Of a DNA stretch of 64,000 nucleotides, positions 54,410 through 64,000 are shown one piece after another. Positions within the stretch are counted from its first letter, which is position 1; each line of letters starts with the position of its first letter. Position numbers and translations under genes: made by a program. Origin of the DNA: Eledone cirrhosa (lineage: Eukaryota); NCBI GenBank assembly GCA_964016885.1, contig OZ024751.1, positions 40,176,001 through 40,240,000 on the forward strand. The letters run 5' to 3'. A model generated the notes under the pieces. The model was not told the DNA's origin. It was given only the letters and a program-made list of their open reading frames with translations, and made no database searches.

Positions 54410-54840
54410 GTTTGTTGCTTTATCACTTTCTAATTCTCTTTCCTCTTCTGTCTATCTTCTTTCCACATGTTTGTTGTTTTTTTAACCACTGCATCATGGC
54501 ACACCTGTGCATCAAAGCACACCTGTGCACCAACATATATGGTTTGCAGGTGTCCTACAAGATTTTTGAGGCAACTCAGAAAATACTGGAATATTTAGAA
54601 AATTTGAATTTTTTTAATGCGCAGCACTGGTACATATATATTTTAGTGCAATGAAACATAATAGATGTACCCATCTGTTTTAAAAGGTGTTTAATACTAA
54701 ATTTTTGTTTCGTATATAATAAAACTTTAAAAAGCTACAACCAGAGACACACTGCTGTTATAGAAATGAAATGAATAAACTATTACAATTTAGTATATTT
54801 TGATGTCACATTTGTTTTTCTTTGTCTTTTTTTCTCCCAG

Positions 54841-54903
54841 GAGTCTTTGCGGCGGGTTTTACAAGAAAAACTAGAGGCAGTTAGAAAAATAACTGATCTT
54901 GAG
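54841..54903 (+). CDS. SLMAP: SLMAP exon 8 (ESLRRVLQEKLEAVRKITDLE)
   Basis: Strong pyrimidine tract ending cccag, gag|gtatgg donor, 63 nt. Confidence 0.95.
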
Positions 54904-55046
54904 GTATGGAATTCTGTTAATAATATTTTGAAACTTTGTTTGGTTAAAATATTACAAGTGCTGAAATAATCCATAGACCTGTTCCATATAAAATATAAAT
55001 TTATATTTTAGATATATTTTTAACCAACTAAAACCAGAATATATCA

Positions 55047-55482
55047 GCATCATCATCATCATCACCGTTTTACGTCCGTTCTTCCACGCTAGCATGGGTT
55101 AGACGGGTTGTCCTGTTGTGGGCAGTGTCTGGTCGGCTGACCATGCCTTGCTCATACAGGAACTGATTTGGCTTGATTTCTACAGCTGGATGCCCTTCCT
55201 AACACCAACCTCATTTACAGTGAGTGCTGGGTGCTTTTTCGTGGCGCTTACACGTCCACTTTACAGTGTGGGCTGGGTGCTTTTTTGCCGTGGCACCTCC
55301 ACGACCACCTTGCGGTGTGGGGGCATATTGTCTATATGCTTCAGCTTGTACCCATGGGAGGTCGGGTACTCTGTATTACTGCGTGACGCCAGAGGTCACG
55401 GTCGTGTGTCATTGCCTTTGAGAGGTGTAATTGGGTAAGGTCGGCTTTTATCACCTCATCCCAGGTCATCTTGGGTCTCCTC
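55047..55482 (-). mobile_element. RTE LINE 3' end, related to the copy at 24200
   Basis: RPKMTWDEVIKADLTQLHLSKAMTHDRDLWRHAVIQSTR, then a 3' UTR nearly identical to the CORE-SINE 3' half. Confidence 0.87.
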
Positions 55483-56095
55483 TAAGCGACATTTATAGAT
55501 CCTGTAGATAAGTCACACCATTAATTTACATACATACATTTTCAATTGGTTTTGAAGGTCCAGTAGATAAGTCACATCTCGAATTTACATATAACATTTA
55601 CAATGAATCATATATTTTGGTTTTGAATGTCTAGCAGATAAGTCACATCTGTTTGTTTTTTTTCATCATGATGTATTTTTGTGGGAATATGTATGACTTC
55701 TACACAAGTATATTCAGTAGATTTTCACATAATCTATAAATATTTTCACTAACTTCACAACCAGACATGACCTTAGACAAAATCCCCATTTAAAAAAATT
55801 ATTTTGTTAATCTAAAAGTAGTGAACTTCCTATTTTTTTTTTTTTTCTCAATTTTCACAACAAACCATTTGTTATTTTTGTTTTTATTTTTCTTAAAATA
55901 TTTTTGCTGGAGTCAACTTTGCTTTTCATCCTTCTGCGGTTAATAAAATACCAGTCAAATACTAGGGTTGATATGTTTGACTTAGTCTTGTGAATTTTCA
56001 CAAACTGTTTTATTTTGATATATTTTTTTTTTAATTTGAATCTAGCATTTTTTTTCTTTTGCCTTTACAATCCTTTCTTTCCTTGTTTATTGTAG

Positions 56096-56233
56096 CAATC
56101 TTTGGGAAATGCTGAAAACAACTGCTGTTATTTGAAAGAAATAACTGAAAGAACTCAAAATGACCTCAAACAACTTGCAGCAGACCATCAAGAGCAACGC
56201 AAAGAAGTGGAACAGCTTCAGAAAAAACTTGAA
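56096..56233 (+). CDS. SLMAP: SLMAP exon 9 (QSLGNAENNCCYLKEITERTQNDLKQL...QKKLE)
   Basis: ttgtag acceptor, gaa|gtaagc donor, 138 nt. Confidence 0.92.
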
Positions 56234-56511
56234 GTAAGCCAGGCACCTAAAATATGGCGACCATGTTTATATTTACATATATACATGTTTTATATTATTA
56301 TTACATGTTATATATATATATATATAGCATTATTACATACACATGCACACATACATACACACATTATAATAATATTCATATAATTATAAATAAGCTGAGG
56401 GTAATATTGTGTATTACACATATACATACAAACATACTTTCACATACATACACATACAAACACACACACACATACATGTGTAATATATTATTTGGAATGG
56501 TTTCATTGTAG

Positions 56512-56622
56512 GAAGCGAAGCAAAAGCATCAAGAGGAATTGGAAAAGGTTGAGAATGAAAAGCAAGAGTTGATAGAGAAATTAGAAGAAGTAACCAAGCA
56601 AGAAGAAATACTTTGTGCTAAG
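56512..56622 (+). CDS. SLMAP: SLMAP exon 10 (EAKQKHQEELEKVENEKQELIEKLEEVTKQEEILCAK)
   Basis: cattgtag acceptor, aag|gtacag donor, 111 nt, coiled-coil composition. Confidence 0.9.
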
Positions 56623-56714
56623 GTACAGTTCCTTGTCTTAGTTGGCTGGCACTGAAATAATAAACTACTAAAACTACACTTCTACTATCAAACAAACCAT
56701 AGATACTATGTATG

Positions 56715-56754
<40 letters not shown>

Positions 56755-56784
56755 TAAGTTTGTTTTGAAACAGCGAGTGAAGTT

Positions 56785-56993
56785 TGAAATTTAGTAGAAA
56801 TAGGTTTGGTTGTATTTTTGACTAAAGAAATTTTAACCTGATAGTGGGGTTTAAAACCCTCTAAAAAATGGAAAAGTTATGAGTATTGATATCAATAACT
56901 TTTCCATTCTTTAGAGTGTTTTAAACCCCACTATCAGGTTAAAATTTCTTTAGTAAAAAATACAACGAAACCTTCTATTTCTACTAAATTTCA
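56785..56993. repeat. Long inverted repeat (arms about 96-99 bp, loop about 14 nt) between (TA)n tracts in SLMAP intron 10
   Basis: tgaaatttagtagaaatag...cctgatagtggggtttaaaac...ggaaaagttat pairs with ataacttttcc...gttttaaaccccactatcagg...ctatttctactaaatttca, with few mismatches. Confidence 0.93.
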
Positions 56994-57089
56994 TATATAT
57001 ATATATAATCCTTATATATTTTATTTCTAAAGTTGTGTTATTGATAAAACCCCTCCAATTAACCCCTATTTTACTTCTTATTTCCTTAG

Positions 57090-57147
57090 GTTGAATCTTT
57101 ACAAGCTGACAATGATATTACCAATGAACAACTAACTGTTATGAAAA
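57090..57147 (+). CDS. SLMAP: SLMAP exon 11 (VESLQADNDITNEQLTVMK)
   Basis: ttccttag acceptor, a|gtgagt donor, matches the SLMAP LQADND motif, phase 0 to 1. Confidence 0.93.
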
Positions 57148-57900
57148 GTGAGTATCTAATATAGTATAGAGAAAGACTTATATAAACTATATAGTGCTGG
57201 TATGGCAACCTTTGTTGAAATTAGGTGTACCACTCAGAAAGCCAAATGGGCTGCATATGGTTCGTGGGCCGAAGTTTACCCATGACTGATATAGAGTATA
57301 TACAAAGAATTATATATAGTGTATGTAGAGTATGTATGAAAAATTATATATGGTATATAAAATGAATTATATATAGTGTATATAAAGAATTATATATAAT
57401 GTATATAAAGAATTAACTGCTCAGGTACCATTCAACTTATGCTAGCATGGAAAGTGGATGTGAAATGATGATAATTATTATTAAAACTAATTAAATTTAA
57501 TGTAAGATATAAAGCCAAATGAGGTCGATAAAAAAAAAAGTACCAGTCTAGTACTGGGGTCGATTCTTCCTTTATATCTCTTTCTCACTTCCATTCTTTC
57601 ACTTCCATTCTTTCCTTCTCTGGAAAAAATCTGCTGTATTCAGGCCTGGAGAAGATTGGGCTCGGACAGGTTTAAACATTCCCTAGAGATGCCATATTGA
57701 TATACAGCACCTCTATGACTCCCTGAGGAGTTATGAGACCATACATGCATGCATAGAAAAGCTAAAGTTTTTTTTTTAAATATGTTCCACTCACTACAAA
57801 ACATTAATATATTCATCAACTCCTAAAAATGAAAAAAACATGTTATGTTAATACAATTATCTCAGTAACTAAGTTTCTTTCTTTCTTAAATAACTTTCAG

Positions 57901-57957
57901 CAAAATGGGAGAATATCAAAGAAGTAGATGTAGATAAAATTATTTCAAATGATGATG
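57901..57957 (+). CDS. SLMAP: SLMAP exon 12 (TKWENIKEVDVDKIISNDD)
   Basis: actttcag acceptor, g|gtaagt donor, 57 nt, phase 1-1, open frame. Confidence 0.82.
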
Positions 57958-58285
57958 GTAAGTGAAAATTTTATTTGTTTGAATATGCTAGTGTGATGAT
58001 ACAACGGCTTTGGGGTTAACTCTTTAGATGATATATTTCTATGATTTTTTTTTTTTTTTTCAAATCATTTTGAAAATAATCCAGAATTTTGTGGGTATTA
58101 ATAAAATAACTTGCTCATTATTAAGCTGGTGTTTGAAATATAACTTAAAAAGTCTAATCTAAAGTCTGTCTCAAGCTTGGAGACCCATCGGGCCGGTGCT
58201 TAAACACTTGTACCAGCTTGTTTATTACATATCTTGCAATGTTTCATATAAACTATATTAATAAATTGTTTCATTTATTTTTCAG

Positions 58286-58309
58286 ATGTTATAGATAAAA
58301 ATAAATTAG
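58286..58309 (+). CDS. SLMAP: SLMAP exon 13, 24-nt microexon (DVIDKNKL)
   Basis: tttatttttcag acceptor, ag|gtatgt donor, phase 1-1, frame-preserving. Confidence 0.68.
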
Positions 58310-58780
58310 GTATGTATCAAAGTAAAACGTTTTTTTTATTATTACAAAATAATATTTTTGTTATGATACATTCACTTTGAACAATACTGGCAAACTTGCC
58401 AGTGATTCCAGACCCTGGCCTCTATTTTAGACCTTGTGTAATTACTGGTATGTTATTGTTCATTTCATGGCTTATGGATTAGGTTGTTTGGTTTACAGTG
58501 ATAACATCATAAGTCCAGTCTACAGCAGTGCATTGTCCTTGAGCAAGACACTTTATTTCATGTTGTTCCAATTCATTCAGCTGGAAAAACTAAGTTGTAA
58601 CTGTAATTGAAATGACCAGCCTTGTCTCACACACTGTGTCATGCTGAATCTCCCTGAGAACTACATAAAGTGTACTTGAATCTGTGGAATGCTTAGCCAC
58701 TTGCATGTTAATTTCACAAGAAGGCTGTTCCAGTGATGGTGGTGATTGTGCTAATATTGGCGGTGTATTCCTCATTTCAG

Positions 58781-58843
58781 GTGAACAAAATGTTGAAATT
58801 ATTCCAATCAGTAAAATGGATCAAGAACCCGAAGACTTACAAG
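58781..58843 (+). CDS. SLMAP: SLMAP exon 14 (GEQNVEIIPISKMDQEPEDLQ)
   Basis: cctcatttcag acceptor, aag|gtaaac donor, 63 nt, phase 1-1. Confidence 0.78.
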
Positions 58844-58859
58844 GTAAACAAATGAAACG

Positions 58860-59158
58860 TTTCTCCTCCTTCTTCTTCCTCTTATTTTCTTCACCCACTT
58901 ATTCCTGAGAGGATTGTCTGGGCAGAGTCCTCAAAAACTCCTTCCAGCGGGGCCTGTCAGAAGCAACCATCTCCAACTGATCTGGCTGGATCCCCAAGCA
59001 AGACCAGCCAAGCTCATGGATGTTATCCAGTTATCTTGCTTGGGGTCTACCCCTGGGTCTCCTGTCAGTTAGTTTTGCCCGTAAAATCTATCCACCAATT
59101 CTGACCAAATCCCCATAGTGTCGGAGCTGTGATCTCTCAATTCGGAGAAGTAGCGGGC
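58860..59158 (-). mobile_element. Expander/Rex3-like RTE 3' fragment
   Basis: PLLLRIERSQLRHYGDLVR...RPRGRP...IHELGWSCLGIQPDQLEMVASDRPRWKEFLRTLPRQSSQE*VG. Confidence 0.78.
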
Positions 59159-59164
59159 CTTTAT

Positions 59165-59782
59165 AAGCTGTACTGGGTGCAGTTTATCATGGCACCACCA
59201 CTACTACAACTGTACAGGCTGTACTGGGTGTATTTTATCATGGCACCACTACTACAACTGTACAAGCTGTACTGGGTGTAGTTTATCATGGCACCACTAC
59301 TACAACTGTACAAGCTGTACTGGGTGTAGTTTATCATGGCACCACTACTACAACTGTACAAGCTGTACTGGGTGTAGTTTATCATGGCACCACTACTACA
59401 ACTGTACAAGCTGTACTGGGTGTAGTTTATCATGGCACCACTACTACAACTGTACAAGCTGTACTGGGTGTAGTTTATCATGGCACCACTACTACAACTG
59501 TACAAGCTGTACTGGGTGTAGTTTATCATGGCACCACTACTACAACTGTACAAGCTGTACTGGGTGTAGTTTATCATGGCACCACTACTACAACTGTACA
59601 AGCTGTACTGGGTGTAGTTTATCATGGCACCACTACTACCACTGTACAAGCTGTACTGGGTGTAGTTTATCATGGCACCACTACTACCACTGTACAGGCT
59701 GTACTGGGTGTAGTTTATCATGGCACCACTACTACAACTGTACAGGCTGTACTGGGTGTAGTTTATCATGGCACCACCACTA
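59165..59782. repeat. 48-bp minisatellite, about 13 copies (gctgtactgggtgtagtttatcatggcaccactactacaactgtacaa)
   Basis: Directly visible. The reverse complement resembles the SINE/LINE-UTR module gtagtgctggtgccac-aataaaatgcacccagtacactctgta. Confidence 0.96.
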
Positions 59783-59957
59783 GAGAGGTGTCACATGCTA
59801 GGCCAAACTAAAGAGTCCTCTCAAACTATTTATATTGTTTGTTTGATTTCCATTGCCAAACACTGTAGTGTGTGTGTGTGCTGTATTTTTTCTTTTATAT
59901 TTTTACATTGTTGTTTTCAGAATCATTAAAATTAATTTCTTTTTTCTTCTGATTCAG

Positions 59958-59999
59958 AAAAATTACAAAATACACAGCAACTAATAGTTAATTATAAAG
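59958..59999 (+). CDS. SLMAP: SLMAP exon 15 (EKLQNTQQLIVNYK)
   Basis: ttcttctgattcag acceptor, aag|gtaatg donor, 42 nt, phase 1-1. Confidence 0.78.
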
Positions 60000-60358
60000 G
60001 TAATGTTATGTTCTCGTTATCTCTTAACAAATTATTTCATTTATGGGAGGCTCACACATACAATACATTACTTGTCACAATGTCTATGATATATGTGGGG
60101 TTTGACAAGCAAGGTTATATGAAATTAATATAAAATACACAACAATTCAAATAAGATATACTACTATATATATGAAAAATATTTAGGGTTAGCCACCAGT
60201 TAATTCTAGATAGAATTGACGTCTCAGCTCACCCACCACTTATTGTATATTTCTAGGGGTATCATCAAAGCACCCCTTACCATCTTTTCAATGGGTAATG
60301 GGTTCATTTATGAAAAGGCCCGTCCTCATATCCTGGTCAAAATGTACTTTAATCTCTC

Positions 60359-60416
<58 letters not shown>

Positions 60417-60418
<2 letters not shown>

Positions 60419-60750
60419 AGGCACATGGCTTAGTGGTTAGAGCATTGGCCTTGCAATCGAAAGGTTGTGAGTTCAATTCTCAGACCGAGTGATGTGTTGT
60501 TTCCTTGAGCAAGACACTTTATTTGACATTGCTCCAGTTTACTCAGCTGTAGAAATGAGATGATAGGGACTGGGGTCCATATCATTCCACTGCAAAGTGG
60601 TCGTGGAGGTGCCACGGAAAAAAAGCACCCAGCACTCACTGTAAAATGAGGTTGGTGTTAGGAAGGGCATCCAGCTGTAGAAATCAAGCCAGAATCAGTT
60701 CCCGTCCCACCCTTGCAAGCAGGGAAAAGCGGACGTAAAATGATGATGAT
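60417..60750 (+). mobile_element. CORE-type tRNA SINE, full length, after (TA)n
   Basis: A/B boxes, core and RTE-like tail all present. Confidence 0.92.
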
Positions 60751-61013
60751 ATATAAATGCATGCCATTAGTTGTAGATTCTTGAAACTTAGTTTCATAGA
60801 TATTATTGACAAAGGCATACATTCTCCATTATCAAAAGTTGTAAGTAAGCTATCTGATGGCTAATCATTAGTGTATATATTTCCACCCATGAAAAATAAA
60901 AGTCAATGTTCAATAATATATAATTATATTGCAGTTAAAATTTGTTAAATTTGTTTTATTTTTGAAAGTCATTTTTTTTTTCAAATCTTTACTTTTCTCT
61001 TCCTGTTCTGCAG

Positions 61014-61076
61014 CCAAAATCGAAGAGCTTGAATCTCAGTTGAAAAGAAGCCAAGAAGAAGTAGATCAAATTCAAT
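61014..61076 (+). CDS. SLMAP: SLMAP exon 16 (AKIEELESQLKRSQEEVDQIQ)
   Basis: Long pyrimidine tract ending ctgcag, t|gtatgt donor, 63 nt, phase 1-1, heptad pattern. Confidence 0.87.
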
Positions 61077-62226
61077 GTATGTTGAACATAATCAAATTAT
61101 ATATATCATTGATTCTTCTGTAGACATTTTTAAAGGTGGAGGGAACGGGAGATTTTTTATTGATCATGAAATGAAAAAAATAAAAATGTACTTTATTTTA
61201 GAGGTCAAATTTGGCTTTTTTCTATTGCGATAAGGAAGATATGTGTATACTATTGATTTTCAACTACTGATCAGGACCCTAATTGATCCGACCCTTGATT
61301 ATAGACATTCCTGCCATCACATCATCATAACAAGCTGGTATGGGTTGGATGGGTCCTTACAGACTAAGTCAGTACTTAATCAGAGCTATAAATATATAGG
61401 GTACATTTTATCATGACACCATCACAAAGGAAGTTATCATATCCTTTACATAACTAAAAAAAATATTTTTTCAACCCTTTCATTAGCATGGGTTGGTTCT
61501 ACAGCTGGATACCTTTTCATACATAATTTATCGAAGACTATTATTTACTATTACTATTAATATTTTTTTTTTTAAATATTAAGCTGTGAGGGAGATATAT
61601 ATATTTATTTTTAGCTGCTGTTTCTTGCAGATACCAAGTAGAATCTCCTGTGTTGGCTTGTGTACAAAATGTTAATTGTGGTGGCAGCACTGTATTATAA
61701 AGAGATATAGATTAGTAGGTTGGGGAAGATGGTGTAGATTCTGTAGGAATTATTTTATTATTTTATCTATTTTTTCTTTGTCTCTTAGGAAGATCTTTGA
61801 TTTTTCTGATTTACATCAACTTTCTGTCTAGACTGCTTTACATAATTTTTAAACATTTATTATTCTCTTTGTCTTTCAGTCTCTTTCTCAGACTATCTTG
61901 CTCTTAGATTCTTTCTCTCTTCTATTTTTCTCTCTGTATACACACATGCTCAACACACAGACACACACATATATATACAAATGCGCATGTACACACACAT
62001 GCACACATATACATACAAGCATATTTCTATATATAATCTAATTTATACAATTGATATATATATATATAGATATAGATATTTGTGTGTGTTAGTTAAGTGT
62101 GTAACAAGTTACAGGCAGTGTAAATAAAGTTTGTACATATACTGCAACACTGATTTCGACTCTTTTAAATCTATCTATCTATATATATCTGGCACGCCAT
62201 TATTTCTTTGTTTCTCCTGTCTTCAG

Positions 62227-62289
62227 CTGAACTAGACCGAGCTAACAAAGATTCTAACAAATACTTACTAGAAATTGCTGCCTTAGAAA
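62227..62289 (+). CDS. SLMAP: SLMAP exon 17 (SELDRANKDSNKYLLEIAALE)
   Basis: tcctgtcttcag acceptor, a|gtaagt donor, 63 nt, phase 1-1. Confidence 0.87.
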
Positions 62290-63916
62290 GTAAGTAGAAC
62301 CTTTTTCTTCTTCTTCTTCTTTCAATATGTCTTCTAGATGTTGTGAATATCCTAAGTATTGTCAACTATTTCTACATACGATATATTCAAGGATTTCATA
62401 TTATTCGTCTCACAAATACATATTGCACTCTTAACTTTACTTTTTACACAAATTTCGTTTCAATTTTTTTTTTTTTTTTTCTTGATATTTATTTATTTCT
62501 AAGTGTTTATTTTTATTTTTTTAAAAACCCTTTTGATACCAAACTGTTTTTGGATCAATGATACAAAACTGTTTCTTTTTAAGTATTTATATTTATCTAA
62601 AAAAAAAAAAATAAATAAACCTTCCATCATAATTCCAAACACAAATTTAATGTGAAAGTTATTTTACGAAATCTCACCAAAATTCTTGGTTATTTTGAAA
62701 ATGATTTGAACATCACAGAGCTTGGCTTTCATTAGAACTATCATAATGAAAGGGTTAAAGAGGTTATATTCATCTAAAAACTTTCCCTCAGAATTTTATG
62801 TAGGAACATTTATGTTCCAAACATCTGATAAGTAATGAGGAAGTTAGATATATAACTGTCTCCTAATTCTTGATTATTTTCCAAATTATTTGAAAATTCT
62901 ATATATGGTAACAAAAGGGTTAACTGTTTTTCAGTTTTTAAAGGACTGTCTGTGGTTATCTACTAAATATTTCTCCTACACAGCTTCCATTTATTTCATC
63001 TTGCTTTTTTTTTTATCTTCTCACTTCAATGTTGTCATACAACCTTGCATCTGTATTTATTTATTTATATATATATATATATGTGTGTGTGTGTATATAT
63101 ATAATATATATATATAAAAGAGAGAAAGAGAATAGCATTTCAATAGAAGGCCCCAGCCATGCAAATAGGACATTATATGTTAAAAATATAATTGTTTCTA
63201 CTTTTGGCACAAGGCCAGCAATTATCCCAGTGCATTACTGGTACTTTATTTTATCGATGAAAGGCAAAGTTAACCTAGGCGAGATTTGAACTCAGAATGG
63301 CAAGGGCCGTAACTCTATGCATCAAAGCATGGCGTCCAACCCTCTACCGATACTGCCAAAATGATACCAAAAATGTTGGTATGTTTCTCTGGAGTTGTTT
63401 GATAATCCTTAATAATTCGGGATAAAATCCCTTCATCACAAGAATAATTAGGGAAACTAATTGAGAGCAGAATATCTTGTGTTTGTTGTTATCCTATCCT
63501 TTTCGAATTAGAAACAGTTCTAGTCCTGTAGAAGTCATTTCTATAATTAAATGAATATATATAGTAACAGATTTAACAGATTTTTTTTTTTAAAGGTATA
63601 TAAACCCCTTGGATGGGAAAAGGGGGTCAGTGTATACTGTATGGCTGTGCTTCTATTACACAAAAGTGACACTGACCCTTTTTTCCATGAATTAAGGCTA
63701 CATTAATCAGCCAGGATAATAAAGCCCACACACATATAAATATTGCATGATTGTCTTTTGTTGTCAATATTAAGTTCTGTTTTGTTTTTGATTTGTTTTT
63801 TTTTTTCATTTTTTTTTTTTTTCTCTTTTGTTATTGTTGTTGTTTTGCTTGAAGTATTGCAGTCGATGTTGTTGTTTCTGCACTAAATGTTACGTCTTTA
63901 TTATTTGTTCATGCAG

Positions 63917-63982
63917 AAAAATTACTTCAATCTGATCTATATATAAACGACATGATGGATTCTACAATGGATAATTTAAAAC
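63917..63982 (+). CDS. SLMAP: SLMAP exon 18 (KKLLQSDLYINDMMDSTMDNLK)
   Basis: catgcag acceptor, c|gtaagt donor, 66 nt, phase 1-1. Confidence 0.82.
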
Positions 63983-64000
63983 GTAAGTTTTCTTCTCATG

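Noticed and set aside
59161-59769. 202-aa repeat ORF (MINYTQYSLYSCSSGA)n
   Set aside because: It is the translation of a 48-bp TE-derived minisatellite antisense to SLMAP

Overview
This is AT-rich, microsatellite- and retroposon-dense animal genomic DNA, not prokaryotic. The SINE, RTE and (TA)n landscape looks like a coleoid cephalopod such as octopus, which is an inference. The main feature is a + strand SLMAP (sarcolemmal membrane-associated protein) orthologue. I traced 18 coding exons by hand from ATG 26962 to 63982, all with GT-AG introns and consistent phases (1510 nt, about 503 aa: N-terminal FHA domain, then coiled coil). The gene continues past the window end. The rest is tRNA-derived CORE-type and Meta-type SINEs, RTE-clade LINE fragments, TTAA/CCC piggyBac-like MITEs, one hAT MITE with an 8-bp TSD, Penelope-like fold-backs in (TA)n, and several minisatellites, the largest about 105 x 45 bp. 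The most notable observations are: minisatellites built from TE sub-modules, including a 4.7-kb array of a SINE A-box head; heptad-length symmetric phase-1 exons and a 24-nt microexon in SLMAP; a long intronic hairpin near exon 11; degenerate hammerhead-like motifs; two twin-priming-type inverted LINEs; an overlapping uORF; and a tentative minus-strand membrane-protein gene. There is no CRISPR array, and no new multi-gene system can be supported from the sequence alone.
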